A stretch of 64,000 bases of DNA from Eledone cirrhosa. Taxonomy: Eukaryota. The stretch spans positions 85,250,001-85,314,000 of the forward strand of contig OZ024742.1 of NCBI GenBank assembly GCA_964016885.1, in the 5' to 3' direction. A program made the translations under genes and the position numbers. Positions 53,681 to 64,000 of this stretch are shown piece by piece. The notes beneath the pieces are model-generated. The model was not told where the DNA came from and did not search any database. It saw only the letters and a list, made by a program, of their open reading frames with translations. Positions within the stretch are counted from its first letter, which is position 1. Each line of letters begins with the position of its first letter.

Positions 53681-54243
53681 GGGTATCAAAAAATAAAAAT
53701 GGTATTTATCGGTCTCTACAAGTGGTAGGAGAGGGTGGGGAGTGGGATGGGTGTAGGTAATTGGTTGATAGAAAAGGGAATTCATTAAAAGCTATTTCTA
53801 CAAAGCTATAGTTTATTTTTATTAACAAAGGCAGACAGAATTCTATAAACAGGTTCCGGATGGCATACCATTCCTTGTCATTAAGTTTCTCTTAAGCTAA
53901 CAGATGTCTATAAGATCAGTGGGGGTCAGTCATGGTAGAAAGAATTAAAGAAAAGGGAGATTCTTTAAAAGCTAAAATCATTAAGGTTCTACTAAGTGAC
54001 AAAGGTTTAGAGAATTCTGTAGACAGATTCAAAATACTGAGTGCATATCTTACAATTATCTTCGAACTTCTCTTAAACTAATCAACTATATGCCAAAAAT
54101 CAACAGACACATTCACAAAAAAAACACACTCACTCACACACTCACGCGCAACCATAAATACACATACACATACACATATACACACATAAAAACACACACA
54201 CATATATATAAATATATTCATATGCATACATATACATACACAC

Positions 54244-54318
<75 letters not shown>

Positions 54319-54475
54319 TATATATACACACACACACACACATATACATACACACACACATACATATATATATACACACACACACACACATATATACACA
54401 TATAAAAATACACTCACACGCACACATACAAACACAAATATACTTGTGTATACATATACACATAAAGATACATAG

Positions 54476-54526
<51 letters not shown>

Positions 54527-54629
54527 AACAAATATATACATATACATACACACACATACATACATATAAATATATATATACACACACACACACACATATA
54601 CACATATATAAGGACAAAGCACCATACAT

Positions 54630-54692
<63 letters not shown>

Positions 54693-54744
54693 TATATATA
54701 GAGAGAGAGATACACCATTCATACATATATTCATATATATATAT

Positions 54745-54803
<59 letters not shown>

Positions 54804-54904
54804 TATATATATACACACATACACACATATACATACACATATACACACACACATACACATACATACATATATACACAAATACATACACATATATACACAT
54901 ATAC

Positions 54905-54974
<70 letters not shown>

Positions 54975-55095
54975 CATAAATATATATATATATATAAATA
55001 AATATACACACACATACATACATATACACACATATATATATATATACAAATATATATACAAACAGATATAAATACACATACACATATAAATATAT

Positions 55096-55154
<59 letters not shown>

Positions 55155-55177
55155 TATATATATATATATACATACAC

Positions 55178-55208
<31 letters not shown>

Positions 55209-55241
55209 CATATACACACACATATATACACACATACACAC

Positions 55242-55274
<33 letters not shown>

Positions 55275-55521
55275 TACACATGGATATGTATAAATATATA
55301 TATACATTTTGTATATATATATATATATATATCCATACATATACATATATACACATACATACACAGACCTATACATAAATATACACATATATACAGACAT
55401 ATAACACATATACACACATATATATACATATATACATATATATACACGCATACACACCTACACACTCACACGCTCAAATATATATGCACACTCTCTCTCA
55501 CGCACATATACACATATATAC

Positions 55522-56420
55522 TAATGTTAATTCAAACCACCCCCAAAACATCACTGATAACCTAGTAAAAAGCGTCTCTATTAGAATATCTGGCCTCTCC
55601 GCCAACAAAGATATTTTTAATGCATCTGCCTCCTACTACAATGACGCCCTTGCCCGTAGCGGATTTAAAGATAAGATAACTTACCTAGAAACCACCGCAA
55701 GATGGCAGAGGAGGAATAGACATAGGCAGATTAGCTGGTACAACCCTCCCTTCAATAGAGAGGTATCTACTCCGATAGCTAGGATTTTCTTCACTTTACT
55801 GAAATTACACTTCCCCATACAACATAGGTACCACACCATCTTTAATAAGAACACAATAAGACTTTCTTACTCCACCACACCTAACCTAGCTAGGAATATA
55901 GCCAACCACAATTCTAAAAAATTAAATAAGCCAACCACCTCCGAACCCAATCCCCGGACTGGGGCTCTATGTAATTGCCTAAATAAGGAAGCATGCCCAC
56001 TTGAAAACAAATGCCTCCCTAACTAATGATATCGTATACAAATGCGATGTCATCTCAGGCTCCGAGGAATTCAAAAAAACTTACATCGGCATGACCTCCA
56101 ACAACTTTAAGACCCGTTGGTATGCCCATACCCACTCCTTCAGAAGACCGGACAAATCAAATCAAACACCACTCGCCTCCTACGTTTGAGACCTCAAAAG
56201 GAACTCCACCCCCTTCACGCTTAAATGGAAAATACTCCAGAAAGCGCGCTCTTACAACGGAGGACACAAGGGCTGCGACCTTTGTATTTCAGAGAGCTAC
56301 GAAATTTTATTCGCCAAGGGCTCGCTACTGAACAAACTCTCTGAACACTGCCCGAACTGCATGCACAAGAACTTTGCAACTTTCAAACACTTTAAGCCAG
56401 TGTTAAAGCCCGATGGCTAA
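55522..56420 (+). pseudogene. Inverted 5'-truncated copy of the PLE ORF (thumb plus GIY-YIG)
   Basis: Nearly identical to the minus copy and has the same 4-nt insertion and TGA. Confidence 0.92.
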
Positions 56421-56727
56421 AAATGACCTCCCCCTATTGGCCCCTATACCTCCTCCCCGCCCTACCCCCACCCCTCCTCAACCTGAAATACGGCCACTAT
56501 GGTTATGTGAGTACCTCCTTCCTATCTACATTTTCTGCCTGTAGAGGTGTTTTTATGCGCCTGCGTATATGCGTATATTTATTGAGTACTTATTTATTTG
56601 TATGTGTATATATTTGTTTGTATGTGTGTATATGTATGTGTATGTGTATATATATATATATATGTATGTGTGTATATGTGTTTTATGTGTGTATTTTTAT
56701 GTATGTATATATGTGTATGTATGTATA

Positions 56728-56794
<67 letters not shown>

Positions 56795-56855
56795 ATATAT
56801 GTGTATGCATATGTATGTGTATGTATGTATGTATGTTTGTATATGTGTGTGTGTA

Positions 56856-56980
<125 letters not shown>

Positions 56981-57065
56981 GTGTGTGTGTGTATGTGTGT
57001 ATGTGTGTGTGTGTATTTATATATGTGTGTGTGGGCAGGTGTGTGTATATATATGTGTGTATATG

Positions 57066-57100
<35 letters not shown>

Positions 57101-57281
57101 GTGTATATGTGCGTGAGAGAGAGTGTGTATATATATTTGTGCGTGTGTGTGTGTATGTGTGTATGCGTGTATATATATGTACATATGTATATATATGTGT
57201 GTATATATGTGTTATATGTATGTATATATGTGTATATTTATGTATAGGTCTGTGTATGTATGTGTATATATGTATATGTAT

Positions 57282-57339
<58 letters not shown>

Positions 57340-57353
57340 TTATACATATGCAT

Positions 57354-57393
<40 letters not shown>

Positions 57394-57422
57394 GTATATG
57401 TATGTGTATGTATATATATATA

Positions 57423-57499
<77 letters not shown>

Positions 57500-57581
57500 G
57501 TATGTGTGTATATATGTGTATGTATTTGTGTATATATGTATGTATGTGTACGTGTGTGTGTATATGTGTATGTATATGTGT

Positions 57582-57623
<42 letters not shown>

Positions 57624-57681
57624 GTGTATATATATATATATGAATATATGTATGAATGGTGTATCTCTCTCTCTCTATATA

Positions 57682-57729
<48 letters not shown>

Positions 57730-57853
57730 GTAGGAGGTGAGTTTTATTGTAGTACAATAAAGCAATGCAGGTATCGGATAATAAGCACTCTACAGTTTGT
57801 AGGACTGGAGTATGCATAATATAAGATCAAAAGATGGTTAAAGGAGTTCCATG

Positions 57854-57924
57854 TATTTTATTATGCGCATTTCAAAAACAAACATCATCATGCAATAATA
57901 TTTGTGTTTTCATCAGATAAAACA
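57854..57924 (-). ncRNA. Type I hammerhead ribozyme
   Basis: Inverted copy of 58043-58113. Confidence 0.8.
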
Positions 57925-58042
57925 GGAGAACATGATATGAAGGCTAAAAAACACTTGTGGATAGTGCAGTTTTAAATCAACAAATGTTGATTTAAAACTG
58001 CACTATCCACAAGTGTTTTTTAGCCTTCATATCATGTTCTCC

Positions 58043-58113
58043 TGTTTTATCTGATGAAAACACAAATATTATTGCATGATGATGTTTGTTTTTGAAATGC
58101 GCATAATAAAATA
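58043..58113 (+). ncRNA. Type I hammerhead ribozyme with a palindromic stem III
   Basis: tgttttat-CTGATGA-aaacacaaatatt..gatgtttgttttt-GAAA tgcgca T A-ataaaata. Confidence 0.8.
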
Positions 58114-58143
58114 CATGGAACTCCTTCAACCATCTTTTGATCT

Positions 58144-58198
<55 letters not shown>

Positions 58199-58224
58199 GT
58201 GCGTTTTCCTTATATATGTGTATA

Positions 58225-58257
<33 letters not shown>

Positions 58258-58366
58258 GTATGTATGTGTGTGTATGTATATGTATATATTTGTTTATGTA
58301 TATATATATATGTGTGTGTGTGTTTGTGTGTATGTGTGTGTATGTGTATATATGTGTGTGTATATG

Positions 58367-58430
<64 letters not shown>

Positions 58431-58585
58431 CTATGTGTCTTTATGTGTATATGTATACACATGTATATTTGTGTTTGTATGTATGTGTGTGAGTGTATTT
58501 TTATATGTATATATATATGTGTGTGTGTCTATATATATGTATGTGTGTGTGTATGTATATGTGTGTGTGTGTATATATATATATA

Positions 58586-58660
<75 letters not shown>

Positions 58661-59223
58661 GTGTGTATGTATATGTATGTATATGAATATATTTATATAT
58701 ATGTGTGTGTGTTTTTATGTGTGTATATGTGTATGTGTATGTGTATTTATGGTTGCACGTGAGTGTGTGAGTGAGTATGTTTTTTTGTGAACGTGTCTGT
58801 TGATTTTTGCCATATAGTTGATTAGTTTAAGAGAAGTTCGAAGATAATTGTAAGATATGCACTCAGTATTTTGAATCTGTCTACAGAATTCTCTAAACCT
58901 TTGTCACTTAGTAGAACCTTAATGATTTTAGCTTTTAAAGAATCTCCCTTTTCTTTAATTCTTTCTACCATGACTGACCCCCCACTGATCTTATAGACAT
59001 CTGTTAGCTTAAGAGAAACTTAATGACAAGGAATGGTATGCCATCCGGAACCTGTTTATAGAATTCTGTCTGCCTTAGTTAATAAAAATAAACTATAGCT
59101 TTGTAGAATTAGCTTTTAATGAATTCCCTTTTCTATAAACCAATGACCTACACCCATCCCACTCCCCACCCTCTCCTACAACTTGTAGAGACCTATAAAT
59201 ACCATTTTTATTTTTTGATACCC

Positions 59224-59274
59224 AGATTCCTGATGATTTCTAAAGAATGAAACAGTTCTAGTCCTGTAGAATCT
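59224..59274 (+). ncRNA. Type I hammerhead ribozyme (inverted pLTR)
   Basis: Same sequence as 53630-53680. Confidence 0.87.
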
Positions 59275-60621
59275 CATCTATATTAAAACTTATATATATA
59301 TATAAATATATATGTATTGAAGTTTCCGTTGAAAATTGAAAAAGTCATAGGAGTGAAGGGTGCTTATGTAAGTACCAGAGCAAAATGTAATGTCTCAATG
59401 GGCTATTTGATAGTGCTGATGTTTGTGATTTAGTCAACCTATTTCTCCTACACACACTTAAAGAAGAATTCCCTAACCATATTTTTGGGCTTTATCGCAA
59501 CGATGGTCTAATACTTTCCCATACCACCATAGGCCATAACTTAGATAGATTAAGGAAAGACTTAATAAAAACCTTTGCTAGTTTTAATCTTAAAATTACT
59601 ATTGAGACTAACATTTCCAATGTTAATTTCCTAGATATAAACCTAGATTTGCCTACTGCTTCTTATAAACCATACCATGAACCTAATGAAAATTTAAAAT
59701 ATATAAATAAAGGCTCTTGCCATCCTCCTATAGTTTTTAAAATCCTTATCCCTAATATTAGCCGTAGGATCTCCACCCTCTCTTCCTCAGAAGTTATTTT
59801 CAATAAGGCATCCCCCTACTATAATAAAGCCCTCCAAAATAGCGGATTTAGCGAACCGATTAAGTACATACCCAACAATACTAACTCCTTTAAACATAAT
59901 AATAGGAAAAGAAAAATAATCTGATTCACACTCCCCTACTCTCTAGCAGTTAAAACTAATCTAGGCAAAACATTCCTAGAGCTCTTAGATAAACATTTCC
60001 CTAGAACACATATATACTATAATATCTTCAATAGAAACTGTGTCAAAATTAGCAACTCCTGCGGTCCCCCTATTAAATCCTATATCATCAACAAAAAATC
60101 ACCTATAGAACATCAAAATTGCTCCTGTAGAGTCAAAAGTGAATTCGCATTACAAGGTAAATGCAACACCAAAGCCATTGTATATGCGGTTAAAGTGACA
60201 ACCATCAGCAACAACCAACCAGCGTCCAGTGAACGATATGTGGGTATGACACAAGACAAATTCAGAACGCGTTATTACTCACATATCGCATCCTTCCGAC
60301 ATCCAGAAAAAAGATTCACAGCAGCTCCAATATAAATTGGATTGGTCAATTTTGAACCAATCTAAAGAATATGCAAGAGGAACAAAAAAATGAACACTCT
60401 GCATAAATTAAAAATATCCAAATCACCAAAAATCTGCCTAAATACAAAGACAGAAATTTTCACCAGTTGCCCACACATGAAATCACACTTGCTTTCCAGC
60501 TCATATAAACCTAACTCACTTTCAGATACTTATCCTCCATAAGCTCTTATTCTTCACTTTAATTATTCTCTTTAAAGACTACTCTTTCTGATTTATTTTC
60601 ATTTTCAACCTTATTATTAAT

Positions 60622-60795
60622 TTTATTTTTATTTTTATTTTTATTTTTATTTTTATTTTTATTTTTATTTTTATTTTTATTTTTATTTTTTATTTTTATT
60701 TTTATTTTTATTTTTATTTTTTATTTTTATTTTTATTTTTATTTTTATTTTTATTTTTATTTTTATTTTTATTTTTATTTTTATTTTTATTTTTA
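60622..60795. repeat. (TTTTTA)n microsatellite
   Basis: Read directly. Confidence 0.95.
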
Positions 60796-61995
60796 CTTCA
60801 CATCCACTAGTAACCCCCCCCTTATTATTCGAATCACTTACCTAATATCGTCACATTCCACATTTTACTTCCCTATTTTATTTACTACCTGATTACGAAG
60901 GTCACTTGCGTTTTCCACTCCAGATATTTTCTGTTATTTCGCAGCCAATTTTATGTTTTTATATTTGTACTCATTTATTCATAAGGCTGTATTTATGTGT
61001 CTGAGCGTCTTTATGTGTGTATACGTTCTGTATATGTACACGAACGCATCCGTATGTGCGCGTGCGTGCGTGTATATATATGTGTATGTATGTGTGTTTC
61101 TTTATATCTGTGTTTTTATATCTACGTGTTTTACATTCTTATTTTCATGTGTGCGTGTAAGCGTGTCAATGTACGTGAATATGTATGTGTGTATGTGTGT
61201 ATATATGTATTGTATGTATGGATGTGTATGTGTGCGTGTATATATATATATATATGTATATACAGTCGCGTACGTACGTGTGATTAGATATACATGGGAC
61301 GATATGTGTGTATATATATATGTGCATCCTGTGTATGTATGTACGCATGCATACGCTTTTGTCTGTACATATTGCGTGTATATATATTTTTATAGATATA
61401 TGTTATTTATAGATATATGTGTATGTACGCGTGTACCTTGTTTGTTTTCTTTTCTTTTCTTTTCTTTTCTTTTCTCTAGTGTTAATTGACTACTTTCTCT
61501 GTCATTTAACAATTTTTTCTTTCTCATATATTGTTTCATTCTTATAAATATATCGAGAATGACACTTTCTTTTAACCATTACACTCCCTTCCCTCTTTAT
61601 CTTCCGCATATAAGTTAATCGCGCGCGTGTGTGTGTGTTTATACGCGTGATTTCATACTCATATGTGTATCTAATACCTGTTTCTGGATACGCGTCAAAT
61701 AGATTATCATTTTATTTTTCAACTCATATTATATCCGTATTTGTGGTTACATATATACAAATATACTTGCCCTCATATATGTACTTACGCACACATTGTC
61801 ACCATACACACGCATTTGTACATACATACATATGTACATTTGTGAGTGTATATACATACATATACACACACCTAACTATATTTCCTTATATTTTTTTTAT
61901 ATATTTTATATATCTATTGCATTACTTTTATTTATATAAATATATTTTTTTGCATTTCTTGAGGAGACTTTCCAAATATTTCACTATATTTTATA

Positions 61996-62071
61996 TTGCC
62001 TTGTCCGACGAACGAATCAGGACGTTTCTTTCGTATTCGTCTTATTCGGGAAACCTCTGGTAATGAGGTAA
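61996..62071 (+). ncRNA. Type I hammerhead motif (CCGACGA core)
   Basis: ttgccttgt-CCGACGA-a cgaat..gacg..cgtc..attcg g-GAAA cc tct gg T A-atgaggtaa. A decayed homolog at ~24612-24670 has CTGATGA. Confidence 0.7.
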
Positions 62072-62094
62072 CTATATTGTATTGTTTATTATAC

Positions 62095-62152
<58 letters not shown>

Positions 62153-62639
62153 TATTTAATACAATAACAGAGATAGCTTAAAGCTAAACTCCGACTGGTA
62201 ACCACAAACATTAGGTTATATGTTAGTATAAACCCAATTTAAGTTTTTGGGGTGCTAACTATATGTATTTTGTGGAAAGCCAGTTGTATTATTTTATGAG
62301 ATATAATTAAAGTTAAAATATATCTCTCTTTCCAAACAATTGTTTCATTATAAGTTTTCTACAAATTGGGAGAATGTTTCCAGTTTATGTAGAAGCCTAA
62401 CATATATTCATGTAAGAATATATTTAGGTGGGTACTTATAAATCTTCAGTGGAAGTCCATTAAACTTTGATATAAGAAAAAATTCTCACCGCAGTTAAAA
62501 GTCGTGTCTGCTAAGCTGCTCCTTCACGCATCAAATGACCGCCAAATTTGAAATTCCAGCAGTCATTTGACTGAGGAAGTATCATAGCGTCACTAAACGG
62601 GAACGGGAGACAACCACGATTCACGAGAAAAGAAAATAA

Positions 62640-63082
62640 TATACACGTGGGTTAATTAGTTTTTTCAAAAACATTATCAATCCAACGTGTTAAGAACTCA
62701 ATTGAAATTAAAAAAATAAATGTATGCGTGTATTAATTACACACGCATATAGATATTTTCTTAGGCTAAAAACAGAAGTGATACCCAAATAACAAGCCGC
62801 ATCTCATAACTGTAGTAAATACGGAAAGTTACGCTTTAAAAGGCGATTGGGAATGTAAATCCATGGCCAAATTAGAGTAAAATATTTAATACACGCGGGT
62901 TAATTAGTTATTTCAAAACGATTATCAATTCCACGTGTTAAGAACTCAATTACTTTTTAAAAATAAATGTATGCATGTAATTATTTACACACGCATATAT
63001 ATATTTTTTTAGGCTAAAAACAGAGAAGTGACAACCAAAAAACCTCCATATCTCATAACAGTAATAAATACGGAAAGTCAGT
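62640..63082. repeat. Diverged direct repeat, ~190 bp units with a ~248 bp period
   Basis: atacacg(t/c)gggttaattagtt...aaatacggaaagt occurs twice. Confidence 0.85.
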
Positions 63083-63388
63083 TTATATATATATATATAG
63101 TTAAAAGAATAGAGGTGTAACACACAAGTTATTAAATATTGGTAAACGGAATAGAAAATGCTGCCCAGAGCAAACAACACGGACGCTCTATCTCAAAATT
63201 ATTTTTGAAAAGCATTTAGAAATGCGCAACCGGTAAAAACTTAAAACCAAAACTGAATACTTACCAATACAATCACTAATACTCTTTTATTCCTAATTAA
63301 ACTATTTTTCACCTGTGAACAATTTGTCAGCATTTTCTATTCCGTTTACCAATATATATATATATATATATATATAGGAACGAGTAAG

Positions 63389-63482
63389 ACACCGACGGCT
63401 GAGCTCAAGCCGTTTCGACGGCTAATTCTGGACTAAATGAAAATTTATCCCGGTATATAAATAGCCGAGCTTCTCAAGGGGT
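63389..63482 (-). ncRNA. Inverted copy of the U3-A8 hammerhead (one stem I mismatch)
   Basis: Reverse complement of 63811-63904. Confidence 0.7.
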
Positions 63483-63810
63483 AATTCCATATATGGTCAA
63501 AGTGATTGTCACAAGGATTGGTCACAAGTTAGTAGTAATTCTGTGATGACAAATTAGTGGGGGAGAGAGTGGCTTAACCTGCCAGTAGGAGAAAAAGGAG
63601 GTGCTGGAGTAGACCCAATCATGCGTTGGTAGTGCCGGCTACAGCTGGGCATGAGGTCAAAGAAGATACTAGGGAGTGGGAGAGGGTGGTAGTCGAAACG
63701 GTAAGTACTGGCAGGGTTAGCCACCCTCTCCCCCACTAATTTGCCATCACAGAATTACTACTAACTTGTGACCAATCCTTGTGACAATCACTTTGACTAT
63801 ATATGGAATT

Positions 63811-63904
63811 ACCCCTTGAGAAGCTCGGCTATTTATATACCGGGATAAATTTGCATTTAGTCCAGAATTAGCCGTCGAAACGGCTTGAGCTCAGCCGTCG
63901 GGGT
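63811..63904 (+). ncRNA. Type I hammerhead ribozyme, U3-A8 core variant
   Basis: acccc-TTGAGAA-gct cggcta...tagccg tc-GAAA cggct tgagctc agccg T C-ggggt. GUC triplet. Confidence 0.75.
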
Positions 63905-64000
63905 CTTACTCGTTCCTATTACCCACTCTACTACCCTAAGTATTGAGTACTATGGTGCGTTTATGATCCACCTGGTTCCTTACCACATTTCCTTCGTTAT

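Larger units (their letters stand above)
57726..58151. mobile_element. Coding-free palindromic hammerhead element (167 bp arms 57816-57982 / 57985-58151, plus a ~90 nt tail)
   Basis: One mismatch seen between arms and a 2-nt spacer. Inserted in (TA)n inside another PLE's pLTR. Confidence 0.88.
59388..62096 (+). mobile_element. Decayed 5'-truncated Naiad-like PLE (coding remnants ~59388-60510) with a long simple-repeat-rich 3' UTR
   Basis: NVSMG/FDSADVCDLV, GLYRNDGL, NFLDI, SCHPP, YNKALQNSG, YVGMTQDKFRTRYYSH. Hammerhead at 61996-62071, then (TA)n. Confidence 0.8.
63374..64000. mobile_element. PLE terminal derivative with 214 bp inverted arms (63374-63587 / 63706-63919) plus a tail
   Basis: Near-perfect reverse-complement arms with a hammerhead variant in each. 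(TA)n on the left. The tail is homologous to 8100-8222. Confidence 0.85.

Noticed and set aside
56181-56195. Selenocysteine recoding of the TGA shared by both copies
   Set aside because: The position is a conserved Trp (LW/IW in relatives), not Cys.

Overview
AT-rich animal genomic DNA, probably an octopus-like cephalopod (inferred from the tRNA-derived SINE family and the microsatellite load). I found no host gene. The window is almost entirely mobile DNA nested in (TA)n/(CA)n microsatellites. (1) More than 15 Penelope-like retroelement (PLE) pieces of several families (Naiad-like and Neptune-like RT/GIY-YIG), including a ~10.7 kb compound locus (48572-59291) with an open RT reading frame and a large inverted copy. 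(2) About 25 hand-folded type I hammerhead ribozyme motifs at PLE 3' ends, some with covarying stems and non-canonical cores. Many lie in both arms of coding-free palindromes. (3) Three decayed RepHel Helitrons of different families in tandem (26.3-46.4 kb), plus non-autonomous Helitrons. (4) tRNA-derived SINEs, an RTE-like 5' UTR and a probable MITE. The most notable patterns are the double-hammerhead palindromes, a PLE terminal repeat that carries ~2 kb of microsatellite, and recurrent inverted duplication of flanking DNA across (TA)n tracts. All calls were made by eye, and boundaries are approximate.
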